NCBI GenBank assembly: GCA_964016885.1
Contig: OZ024743.1
Span: forward strand, 149,172,001-149,236,000
Length of the DNA stretch: 64,000 nt
From: Eledone cirrhosa
Taxonomy: Eukaryota
Direction: 5' to 3'
The notes under the pieces were generated by a model that searched no databases, was not told the origin of the DNA, and saw nothing but the letters and a program-made list of their open reading frames with translations. Both the position numbers and the translations under genes were made by a program. Shown piece after piece: positions 1 through 11,249 of the stretch (the first letter of the stretch is position 1; every line of letters starts with the position of its first letter).

Positions 1-912
1 GTACAGTAGTTAGAGTCAGAACGGGATGGAAAAAGTTCAGAGAGCTTATACCTCTATTGGCCGCTAAAGGGTTCTCTCTAAAAATGAAAGGCAGGCTGTA
101 TGATGCCTGCATACGCACAGCAATGTTACATGGCAGTGAGACCTGGGCATTGTGTGTAGGGGATATATGCAGACTGGAGAGGAACGAAGCTTGCATGCTC
201 CGCTGGATGTGTAATAGTAATATACGTGAACGGCAAAGCATAAATGAACTAAGGGAGAAATTAGGAATAAGAGGGATCAGATGCTGTTTACTCGAGAGAA
301 GACTACATTAGTACGGTCACGTGATGCGCATGAAAGACGACAGCTGTATAAAAAAGTGCAGGGCGATAAAAATAGACGGTAACCACGGAGTAGGCAGACC
401 CAGAAAAACCTGGGATGACTTGATAAATTCCGACCTCACACACTTACACCTCTCCAAGACAATGTCACTGGACCGAGATCTTTGGCGCTACACAGTTATA
501 CAGAAGACCCGCCTTGCCTAAGTACAAAGCTAAATCTACAGTCAGTAGGCACCTCTAACAAAAATACACCCCCGTCCCACTACCCGCACCCCATCCACAC
601 CACTCCCTTAAATGTGAAGTTATGTTGGTACCACAACATCCAGTCCGAAACAAATGAGGTCGTGTAGGTGTCACGACAAAAAAACCCACAGTCCACGCTG
701 TAATGCGGCCGTGTATGTAACATGGTAAAAACCTCCCAGTCCACACTGTAAATGTGGTTGGTGTTAGGAAGGGCATCCAGCCGTAGAAAACCCGCCAGAC
801 AGTCCTATACGAGCAGGACAACCAATCTTGCCTCAAGTGGGAAAACTCCCGTCCAAACCCATGCAAGTGTGGAAGATGGACGTTAAACGATGATGATGAT
901 GATGATGATGAT
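1..912 (+). mobile_element. RTE-clade LINE, 3' fragment (end of ORF, 3' UTR, (GAT)n tail)
   Basis: ORFs 57-521 match the C-terminus of the RTE ORF at 14408-15619 (KGRLYDACIRTAMLHGSETW, GRPRKTW). The copy ends in ggacgttaaac(gat)n. Confidence 0.92.
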
Positions 913-1658
913 ATAAATATATGTGTGTGTGTATATATATACAGAATAATGTGCTCATACATAGAGATGCTATAAAACAGCTTATAAAAGTAAGGTGAAG
1001 ATCCTTAAAGGACTGAAAATAAGTTTTCATTGGCCGCTATGAGAAATTCAACCCCATATCTCCCAGATACATAGCCAACCCCTTCCCGTTCTTTTTCTTC
1101 TTTCTTTTTCTCTTTTTTCTCTATATTTCCCTATTCTTTTTTTCCTTTTGTTTTCTCTTTTTTTTATTATTGCCATTATTATAGTTGTCATTATTGTTAT
1201 TATTATTATTGTTACAGTAAATAATATCATGTTTAGATAAATCTGTAAAGTGGTTAGTAATAGGAAAAGCACCCAGTCATAGAAGACTTGACAAACTAAA
1301 GACTGAGAGGACTTTTCATTTGTGACAAATACATGATAATGTTGGTGTAACAATAGAATACACAGTACACTCTGTAGAATGTAGAAATGAATATATACAA
1401 GATATGGCACCTGGTCTATTTGAGAGGTCAATAGCTCTAAGAAATGAGATTTGTTAACATAGAGAATGCTTGTTAAATATTGATGATGATATATATGCAT
1501 GGGTGTGTGCATTTGTGTGTATGTCTAGATACATGCGCACACACACATATTTATATATATATACTTATATGTATATATAAAAGTATATATATATAAACAC
1601 TCTTACACATGTGTGTAGCTATGTGTGTGTGTGCATCTCTCCCCTCTTTCTCTTTATA

Positions 1659-1711
<53 letters not shown>

Positions 1712-1848
1712 TTTAGCAAATTAAATTTTGCAGTTAGTCACACAGCATGAATGAGTGAGGATATGCGAAAGTTTTGAAACTGATATAGAAAGATTAATGA
1801 AAAAAAAAAAAATGGTTTAGAAAATTCAGAAATATGTCTACTTGACAG

Positions 1849-1956
1849 TCTCAGACCCACTCACCAGGTTTCAAAGTACGACACCATTTACGAAGAAACT
1901 TCAGAAGATTCCTGCTAAAACTTCCTGCAACAATCTTACATGGAATTTTCTTTCTA
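1849..1956 (+). CDS. Candidate internal host exon (SQTHSPGFKVRHHLRRNFRRFLLKLPATILHGIFFL)
   Basis: ttgacAG acceptor, 108 bp open in phase 0, GTATGT donor, non-repetitive sequence. It joins in frame to 9801-9869. Confidence 0.45.
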
Positions 1957-2249
1957 GTATGTCAGATTGTGTTGTATTCATTAATGCATTTTATTTTATT
2001 TCATTCTTATCAATTCTTATATTGAGTCATTATCGCTTTTGCTTCATAAAATGAAAATGAGTAAAATAAACATTCAAATTCTTCATATATGAGGATATGT
2101 ACAATATATATCTATAAATTTATCTGTATGTATGTGATCTATAGATTCCAGACATGGAAGCAAAACCTAGATTCAAACGGTCTCAGAGTCAACCTATCAA
2201 GGTCCTACTCAGTAAAAATAAAAACAGGGCCCTGATTCCTTCAGGAAAA

Positions 2250-2990
2250 TGACCTTGTTCAGTATGCAAGAAAGGAGTAGAAAGAAATTCCATCTTATGA
2301 ATAAAATGTAAGCTTTGGAACACAAAATTTATAGTGGGATTGTACTTATACTAGCAAATAATGTAGGCTTTGTATGTAGCCAATGCACAGAAGTAGTAAT
2401 CAATAAGAGCATAGGAAAAAGCCCAATAAAATGCTCAGCGGTTTCTGTAGAAATAGTTGGAAGCTTCTGCTACTTTGAAGACCAAATTAGTAGTTAGGTT
2501 GGTTATTGTGAAAATACTGAAACTAGAGTAAGAATTGGTTGGAAAAGGTTCAAGGAGCTACTACCACTGCTAGCTACAACGGGTCTCTCCTCAGAGTGAA
2601 GGGCAGATTTTATGATGCTTGTGTATGGATAGCAATGGTACATAGTAGTGAGACTTGGGCTTTCTGTACAGAGGACTTCGAAAGATTGGAAAGAAATGAA
2701 GTAGTATACATGAATAAAATATCAATGAATTGAGAAAAAAACTGGATCTAAGAAACATCAGTTGCAATGCACAGAAGAGGAAACTGTGATGGCATGTGTA
2801 TGAAGAAATGTAGGGCAGTTGAGGTCAAACGGACACTTAGAAGGGGAAGACATAGGCGAACCTGGAATGATCTGGTGAGGGCTGACATCATGCAGCTGAA
2901 CCTCCCAAAGGAGATGACTCATGACTGTGAAAACTGCTGATATTCTGTAATATGTGCAACTCACCTTCCCTTGCAAGTAGAATGAAACAA
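2250..2990 (+). mobile_element. Old, degraded RTE LINE fragment
   Basis: Remnants of CKKGVERNSI, VEIVGSFCYF and KGRFYDACVWIAMVHSSETW, with stops and frameshifts. Confidence 0.8.
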
Positions 2991-3493
2991 CACAATAAGG
3001 ATGGCTCAGCAACTTACCTGCCTCCACCATAAACTTGACAAAGCAGAGAAGTGGTACAACACTCAGGTCCTATTCCCTTCCCTCCAGTATACTCCTGAAA
3101 TCCATGCCAGCATGCCCCTGATTCTCTTCTCCTCTCTAAACCCAAAGAAGCAAAGAGATAGAACAACTCTGAGGTCCTAACCTGCCAACATGCTCCTGAC
3201 TTCCTCATCTAAACTATGCTAGCATGATAATTTAGGATGAACCTTGACTGATTCACCTTCCCTGCTGAATCATTGCACCCCCAACACTTTCCCAACCCAG
3301 GAAAGCCTGGCACACTCCAAAATGGCAACATCACCCACCCGATCATTTACCCTAAGCAGTATATAAATGTCCTCTTTAAGGACACCAAGGGAAGCTGGGC
3401 ACAATCATGACCCCCACCCTCCAGCAATGCAATGTGAGTGTGTCTATGTGCATGTATGTTGATGTGTCCATGTATGTATCTATGTATGTTTAT

Positions 3494-3655
3494 TAGAGTG
3501 GGTAATAGGAAAAGAATCAGGACCCCGACGGCTGAGCTCTGGCTGTTTCAACAGCTAGATCCTGACTCTTTTCCTATTACCCACTCTACTACGCTAAGTA
3601 TTGAGTACTGTGGTGCGTTATGGTCCATCTGATATCTTACCACACCCTCTTTGTT
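3494..3655 (+). mobile_element. Fold-back repeat family copy (probable PLE terminus with half hammerhead)
   Basis: Shares cctattacccactctactac...gtggtgcgttatggtcc...ttaccaca with the copies at 8915, 16260, 39561, 57241 and 57821. It has an inverted 5' arm and ends in (TA)n. Confidence 0.75.
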
Positions 3656-4019
3656 ATATATATATATATATTAGAAAGGCAGGGCTCAACAGCTGAGCTC
3701 TTTTAAATGGCAAGAGCTCAGCCAATATGCTCTGACTCTCTACTATCCCAAGTATCGAGTACTCTGCTGAATAATGGTCTATCTATTTATCTCTATCTTT
3801 CTCTCTCTATATATATATTATGCATATCATTTTATATATGTGTACGTATGTGGGAGGGGGAGGCTAATATCTGTATGTGGATGTAAGGAATGTGTGTAGG
3901 GATGTATGTCTGGTCATAATTCTATGTCCATGCTTGTGCAATACGTGAAAGTCATTTAGATCAAGTGATGCCTCTGCTTGGAGCTTTTTTAAAGGAAAAA
4001 ATGCCTAGCACTGGACTAA

Positions 4020-4180
4020 TCCCACTCTCAATAGTGAAAGGTATCCTGTCTTCTTTCCTACTTAATAACACTTTCATTTTTTCTAAGATTGCTCTCAACC
4101 CTTTTGATTGTAAATTCTGTTTCCATAGACGAAACTTATTCTTTAGTTCTTCTATAGATGGAAAGAGGAACCAGCAGCTA
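4020..4180 (-). mobile_element. Short RTE RT fragment
   Basis: Minus strand reads SIEELKNKFRLWKQNLQSKGL, homologous to ELEKKFQTWKHGLESKGL in the RTE ORF. Confidence 0.65.
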
Positions 4181-4257
4181 TTACAGAAAATCGAGCTCTG
4201 TACCTCTCAAATTCTGGCTGAGAGCTCTGTACCATTGAACTAAATAACCCCTGTCGT

Positions 4258-4600
4258 GTGAAGGCCTATGACTTAGGGGTTAGGGCATTGGGCTTACAAT
4301 TGTAAGGATGTGAGTTTGATACATGTACCAAGTGGTGTATTCTTGAGAAAGACACTTTATTTCTCACTTCTCCAGTACACTCAGATGTAGAACTTAGTTG
4401 TAACATCACTGGTGCCAAACTGTATCAGCTTTTGTCTTTACCTTGGACAACATCGTTGATGTAGAGAGGGGAGACTGGTATGCATGGGTGATTATACTGA
4501 TCTTTCACCAAAACACCTTACTTGGGCTTGTGCCTCGGACAGAAACTTTCCAGTGTCAGATTCCATAGTCATTCATAATGAAAGGATTTTTTACCCTTAT
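4258..4600 (+). mobile_element. Degraded tRNA-derived SINE
   Basis: Decayed A/B-box head followed by the cttgag(c)aagacactttatttc core shared with 6663-7010 and 18735-18955. Confidence 0.65.
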
Positions 4601-4836
4601 ATTATATATGTGTGTGTGAATATACATATATCTATCTACACAGATAAATCTACCACTCAATGGTAGGGTCTAAACCGTATAAAGAACTCAATGTAATCCG
4701 TATGTAGAAGATGTCGTGAAGCAAAGTTTAAAATACAAAAATTTTATCAACGATATAATTCAATTGGATACAGAGTCAAAATAGAAATGTTAAAACAATG
4801 AAATTAAACACAAAACTGTTAATTCATAGTAAAACA

Positions 4837-4973
4837 CATTATTTTACGATCGTTTCTGGGGGGTAGTTCCCTGTATGTTCATTCAATTATTGATCTATGT
4901 AAAACATATTACAAAATATCATAGTAAGAAAAAGATACATACGTCTTCACTACCCGCCATCTTCAGAAATAAT
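4837..4973 (-). ncRNA. Type I hammerhead ribozyme motif with large helix-II insertion
   Basis: attattt-CTGAAGA-tggcgggtagt[~85 nt]actacccccca-GAAAC-GATC-GTA-aaataat, with the core intact. Confidence 0.8.
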
Positions 4974-5042
4974 TGTTTCTACTTTAGGCACAAGGCCAGC
5001 AATTACCCAGTGCATCACTGGTACTTTATTTTATCGACCCCG
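4974..5042 (-). mobile_element. 5'-truncated SINE with 12-bp target-site duplication
   Basis: Matches the 3' half of the SINE at 50290-50475. It is flanked by ttcagaaataat at 4962-4973 and 5043-5054. Confidence 0.9.
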
Positions 5043-5595
5043 TTCAGAAATAATGAGTTTTGTTTATTGAAGAATACAAATAAACATACATATGAATAAG
5101 TAAGGTTTTATAACCAGGTTGAAATTGACCAATGTTAAGAATGGAAAGGGGCAGTATAAATCCTTAAGGTTGGTGGTAGTAGATGAATAAATAAGCCATC
5201 AGTGGATAAGGTATCAAATGTCTTTCAAGAAAAGAAAAGGACCTGCAATTTCGGTATCATTCTTGTTATATACGGTATTTCGGATATGTTTCTCTAGTTT
5301 TTTGGATTGCAATCCAAAAAACTAGAGAAACATATCCGAAATACCGTATATAACAAGAATGATACCGAAATTCCAGGTCCTGTCAATAATGCTCCATTAA
5401 TAAAACTCACAATATCCTCTACAAATCAAACAAAAAGCAATAAATCAAAAACTAATACAATTCAAAAATCTACTAAATAATTAGTTCACACCCATAATAA
5501 CAATCACAATGTTATAATTTCATCTGATAACAATATCTACCCTCAAACTTCTATACATACCCAATATAATAAGAGGAAACCTTTTAGAAACCATA

Positions 5596-6597
5596 AAAGA
5601 AATGTAACATGGTATAACGCTCCATTCAACTTGCAAACTATGGGCCAAATCCCTAAAAGATTTTTTACTATTCTCGATAAGCATTTCCCACCTAACCACA
5701 AATACCATCAAATCTTAAACAGAAATACAGTAAAATTTTCTTACTCCACATCAAGCAATAAACAACAAAAAATAAGTGCATATAACATCTATAAATGTAA
5801 AAAAGCTCCATCTATACCGACAACAAGATAACTATGGTAATACTACAATGCATAACCAGAATATTACTGCATACCCACCTGATAGATCTGCTCACTCACC
5901 TCACCAGCACAATATAGCAGACTACAACCAACTACCATCTTCCTCATCCTTAATAGGGACTAAGATTTACATACCCAATCTAACTAATAGCGTCCAAAAC
6001 AACCATGATTCCATAAACGCTATATCAAGTATAATTTCACCTACTAGCAACAATTCGGATTACAACCACCCTACCGTAAACCCTTCTCTCCCAAATAAAA
6101 AGGTAAACACAAATACTAGCACTATTATTGAGAATATGGATAGCACATCTGAAACCCTATAAGCAAACGGTTGTAATTGTAGAATAAAAGATAATTGCCC
6201 CTTAAATGGAAATTGCTTAATTAATAATATAGTATATAAATGTATAATCACCACTAAAGACTCTAATCAATCCTATATAGGATCCACTTCTAATCCATTT
6301 AAATCGAGATTTTATGCACACACCCACAGTTTTTGAAACACAAGATTAGCAAAAACCACTTCTTTAAGAGAAGCAGTTAATAATTGTAAAAGGAAGAATA
6401 TGAAATATAACCTAACTTGGAGGATTCTTAAGAGAGCTATTTCGTATCAGGGCAATAGAAGGGAGTGCGGACTGTGTTCCCAAGAAATTTTTGAAATTAC
6501 TAAATCGAAGGACACTCTATTAAATAAAATACAAGAATTAATTTTAGTATGTAACCATAAAATTAGAAGGACATTCAAATATTATAAATACAACTAA
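5596..6597 (+). pseudogene. PLE ORF C-terminus: linker plus GIY-YIG endonuclease, interrupted
   Basis: KRNVTWYNAPF...LDKHFPPNHKYHQILNRNTVKFSYS; CNCRIKDNCPLNGNCLINNIVYKC...SYIGSTSNPFKSRFYAH; CGLCSQE...LLNKIQEL...CNH. Contains stops and frameshifts. Confidence 0.85.
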
Positions 6598-6662
6598 ACA
6601 AATATAGAAAATGATATAGGTGAATAAATGTGTGAGTATGGGTGTGTGTGTGAATATGTATA

Positions 6663-7010
6663 TCATCATCATCATCATCATTTCATTTTATGTCCACTTT
6701 TCCCTGCTTGCAAGGGTGGGATGGGAACTGATTCTGGCTTGATTTCTACAGCTGGATGCCCTTCCTAACACCAACCTCCTTTACAGTGAGTGCTGGGTGC
6801 TTTTTTTGCCGTGGCACCTACACGACCACTTTGCAGTGGAATGATATGGACGCCAGGCCCTATCATCTCATTTCTACAGCTGAGTAAACTGGAGCAATGT
6901 GAAATAAAGTGTCTTGCTCAAGGAAACAACACATCACCCAGTCTGAGAATTGAACTCACAACCTTTCGATTGCAAGACCAATGCTCCAACCACTAAGCCA
7001 TGTGCCTCCA
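6663..7010 (-). mobile_element. tRNA-headed SINE with RTE-derived 3' tail (also at 18968-19277, 24807-25148, 53062-53407)
   Basis: Minus strand has A box tggcttagtgg, B box gttcaattc and core ccttgagcaagacacttt. These are followed by ggtgttaggaagggcatccagc and a (GAT)n tail shared with the RTE 3' UTR. Confidence 0.9.
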
Positions 7011-7470
7011 CTATCTGTGTGTGTATATGTATGTATATGCATAAATGTATGCCTATATATAAACATGTGTGAGTGTACATGTGTATATATATTTTTTATA
7101 TTATATATTTTTAGAACAAATTATTCCTCACAACAAAGAAATAACTAACCTTTTAAGATTGTTCTATTCCATTCTACTTAATGTAACACACTAATCTCAG
7201 TACTCCTTTTCCTCCAACCATAATCTTCTTTGACCATCAACACTTTTATATACAATATGTCTAAATTCATTTACACTAACAACTTTCATTTCTTTTCTTA
7301 AAAGACATTTGATACCTTATCTACTGATGGCCTATTTATTCATCTACTACCACCAACCTTAAGGATTTATACTGCCCCTTTCCATTCTTAACATTGGTCA
7401 ATTTCAACCTGGTTATAAAACCTTACTTATTCATATGTATGTTTATTTGTATTCTTCAATAAACAAAACA

Positions 7471-7608
7471 CATTATTTCTGAAGATGGCAGGGAGTGAAG
7501 ACGTATGTATTTTTTTCTTACTATGATATTTTGTAATATGTTTTACATAGATCAATAATTGAATGAACATACAGGGAACTACCCCCCAGAAGCGATTGTA
7601 AAATAATG
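7471..7608 (+). ncRNA. Hammerhead motif, direct-repeat copy with mutated core
   Basis: cattattt-CTGAAGA...GAAGC-GATT-GTA-aaataatg. Same motif as 4837-4973 but with GAAA changed to GAAG. Confidence 0.7.
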
Positions 7609-7999
7609 AGTTTTACTATGAATTAACAGTTTTGTGTTTAATTTCATTGTTTTAATATTTCTACATCTATCTATGTGTAAATATATATATATATAATTTT
7701 TAATTCCTATTTTTTTTAATTTTAATTGTAATATTTACATCAGATGGATTACATTGAAACCAATTATATTTTATATATTTTATAAAACTACTTTTTTTTT
7801 AAAATGTTGTTTTTCTCCATTTTTCCATAATGACACTTTGATGGATTAAAGATGAAGAAAAGAAAAAATGATTCTGTGCTGATTCCATTCTTACCTTTTT
7901 TTCTATATACATATATATATATATCATAATCATCATCATCACTTTACAACTGCTGTTCCATCTTGGCATGGGCTGGACATATATATATAAACACACTGT

Positions 8000-8700
8000 A
8001 AGGGGGTTGGAATTAGAAAGGGCATTTGAGGGGGAAGAGTGTCAGTGATATAAGCCTCTTCAAGTCACAGGAAGGGCTCATAGAAGTGGTTGATAGCTTC
8101 TGCTATCTCGATGACTTAATTAGCAGTGAAGGAGGGTGTTCTGAGCGCATAATAGCTAGAATAAGGATAGGATGGAAGACGTTTAGAGAGCTACTCCCAC
8201 TGCTGACAACAAAACATTTCTCCCTATGTACAAAAGGGCGACTGTATGATGTCTGCGTGCAAAGTGTAATGCTGCATGGTAGAGAAACATTAGTAGTGAC
8301 TGCAGAAGACATCTGCAGAATGGAGAGAAATGAAACAGCCATGCTTCATTAGATGCAATGTAAATGTGAGAGAAAGGCCGAGCTTGGATGAACAGAGGGA
8401 AGAGATGGGATTAAGAAGAATCCAAGGCTGGAGAGAAGACTACATTAGTACAGACATGTGAGGCACATGGATGATGATTGATGGATGAAGAAATGCCAGG
8501 AAATGCCAGTTGAACGAACCTGCACTAGAGTTAGACCAAGAAAGACTTGAGCAGAGGTGGTGAGAGCTGACCTCAAACTGCTGAGACTCAGAGGAGATGA
8601 TGAAGAAACCCAGCAAGTGGAGAGTTGCTGTGCTGAGAAGGACACATCCAATCCATGCAAACCTGGAAAAACGGATGTAAAAATGATAATGATGATGATG
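8000..8700 (+). mobile_element. RTE LINE 3' fragment, divergent subfamily
   Basis: IEVVDSFCYLDD...KGRLYDVCVQSVMLHG, ending in a (GAT)n tail. Confidence 0.85.
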
Positions 8701-8708
8701 GGAATATA

Positions 8709-8763
<55 letters not shown>

Positions 8764-8822
8764 ATGCTAGCGTGGAAGATGGACGTTAAACAATGATGAT
8801 GATGATGATGATGATATATATA

Positions 8823-8856
<34 letters not shown>

Positions 8857-8914
8857 AACAAATTTAACTTAAAAGTAGAGTTTTGAAATATATATATATA
8901 TATATCTTTTATAT

Positions 8915-9060
8915 GAAAAGATTCAGGACCCCAACGGCTGAGCTCTGGCTGTTTCGACAGCTAGATACGAACTCGTTCAGATTACCCACTCTACTACCCC
9001 AAGTATCAAGTACTTTGGTGGATTATGGTCTACCTGGTATTTTACCACACCCTTTCTGAT
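8915..9060 (+). mobile_element. Fold-back repeat family copy
   Basis: Homologous to 3494-3655 and lies between (TA)n tracts. Confidence 0.7.
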
Positions 9061-9717
9061 ATATATATTTATATATAATCATCATCATTTTACATCCGCT
9101 TTTCCTTGCTTGCAAGGGTGGGACAGGTCTCTTCAGCACAGCATCTCTCAATTCATCACAGTCCATCATCATCTCCTCTTTGAGCTTCAGCGATCTGAGG
9201 TCAGCTTTACCACTGCCGCCCATGTTTTTCATATATGTTAATATACATACATATATGGACACACCAACATACACACACATCTATATTACATATTTACATG
9301 TATCAATACATAGTCACGCATACAAATATAACAGAAATTTCTACTTGACATTCTTCTCATAACTAAACAGGAACAATAATCATAAGGAAAATATAAAATA
9401 AAAAGTTGTTCTCAAACATATCAAATATATTCCATGTAAAAATCTTTATTAAAATGAAATTTAACCGAATTACAATTTATTGTAAGCAACATGAATTAAT
9501 GTATCATATTTTTGTGTTTGAGAGAACATTTTTTTTTTTTAATATTGCTTTTGATACCCACTTTAGTTAGTTTCTCGGGTTTTAATACAAAACCCTATTA
9601 TTATTGTCTTCATATTTAAATTGAAACCTTCCATCACTTTTATTTAAGAATATTTCTTTAGCTATGTTAAAAAAACTTGATATAGAATCACTCCTAATTT
9701 TTTTTTTTTGACAATTT

Positions 9718-9793
9718 CTTCTTCTTCTTCTTCTTCTTCTTCTTCTTCTTCTTCTTCTTCTTCTTCTTCTTCTTCTTCTTCTTCTTCTTCTTC
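9718..9793. repeat. (CTT)n microsatellite
   Basis: Perfect trinucleotide run immediately upstream of cctaacAG. Confidence 0.95.
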
Positions 9794-9800
9794 CTAACAG

Positions 9801-9869
9801 GTTCGTGGGTACAGAGTCCTCAAACAATCCTTCCAGTGGGTCCTCTCAGAAGCAGCCATTTCCAACTGA
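9801..9869 (+). CDS. Candidate terminal coding exon (VRGYRVLKQSFQWVLSEAAISN*)
   Basis: Strong acceptor (CTT)n-cctaacAG and higher-GC unique sequence, followed by an AT-rich UTR-like region with AATAAA near 9945. An alternative frame gives FVGTESS...TDLAV*. Confidence 0.5.
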   Translation, partial: VRGYRVLKQSFQWVLSEAAISN

Positions 9870-11249
9870 TCTGGCTGTATAATATATTTATACTGCAATA
9901 TATTTTTCAAACAGGCCCTTCTACATCAAGGTCAATTCATTTATAATAAAATAATCGCTATATTTTTAATCGGTGATGGTCATAACTGGGCTAAATATCT
10001 TATATCTCTTTTCAATAACTGACCTTTGATATTTATTTACTTATTTTTAATTTCAGAAGTTCTAAGTCATACCATATTCTGCAACATTGTACAATAGATT
10101 TTCATAACATCTATGATTTAACAGACAGACAATCATTTAAGATTTCTTAATTCCAGGTGTCAGGTGTCATCATTCTTCTGTGATTATATTCCTAATGATT
10201 AAACTGTCCATGAATTTCAGTTAAGTTTCAATATAATCAAGATTTTGGAAATAATTAACAAAGTAAGCTTTATATATTAGTGTAATGTGTTGATGTTCAG
10301 CAGTTAAAATTTCACAATATCATTTGTGCTAAAATGAGATTTTGATTGAGATTTTAATTTAAATATTATTATTTTAGTATGGGTAATCTCATGCTGGTTG
10401 GTATTAAAAAGGTTAATGCAAGTAGATGTTTATGAAGGATTGTTCTTACACAGCAAAGAAAAATATAACATAAGTTCAGTTCAGACTTAAAGAATATTCA
10501 AAATCTGATGGGAATGACATGACATCTATGAGTTTTGGCTCTAATTCTAAGTATATCATGGATAAGTGACAGGAGGAAAGACAATTTTGATGTCATGGGT
10601 ATATGACAGGTGCATGAGATTTAAATGGGGAAAAGGTATAAATGGTTCAGATCACATTGCTGGCAGGTGAATCGTTTTCAGTACTGCGGGTCTCCAATCC
10701 TCACAGTGACTTCAAAATGTTATTTATGCCCTAAGAATTAGAGCCATAACTCATAGAGAAAGACAGCTTTCCATAATAACATGGATGGTTGAACAAGCTT
10801 GTCACATTCTGAGACTACGACATTTTGGAGTACCTCATGTTGCTCTTAATCTATTTTGACATGGTTTCTACAGCTGGATGCCCTTCATGATATGAACTAC
10901 TTTACCCAGTGTTCTGAGTTCATTTTATCATGGCACCTGCACTACTAGGTGCATTTTATTGTACTAAGGCAATTGTTGTTTACTCAACAGTCCAAAGCTT
11001 GTTTTCAGGGAAAACAGGCATTAAATGATGATGATGATTACACATACACACACGCTCCAATATAGACACACAAATATACTCCCCCTATATATATATATAG
11101 AGAGAGAGAGAAAGAGAGAGAGGCATATGTATATAAACATATTTTTTCCTTGCTAGCAGGGAAAACAGAAGTTAAACAATGGTGATAATGAAGATGGTGA
11201 TGATAATATATATACATATATATCCACTGCTCCCAATCCCACTGCCACA

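Larger units (their letters stand above)
4779..7663 (+). mobile_element. 5'-truncated Penelope-like retroelement (Naiad-like motifs) with inverted terminal repeat
   Basis: 4779-5237 is an inverted copy of about 7288-7663. The interior carries a decayed ORF with a GIY-YIG endonuclease, and both repeats contain a hammerhead. Confidence 0.85.

Noticed and set aside
6334-6336. In-frame TGA in the GIY-YIG region as possible selenocysteine
   Set aside because: It falls in HSF*N, where Arg is typical, and the ORF has other disabling lesions, so a nonsense mutation is more likely.
6940-7010. tRNA-like sequences here and at 18735
   Set aside because: They are SINE heads with A and B boxes but no complete cloverleaf, continuing into SINE cores.
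9582-9827. Poly-Arg ORF on the minus strand
   Set aside because: It is the antisense reading of the (CTT)n repeat.
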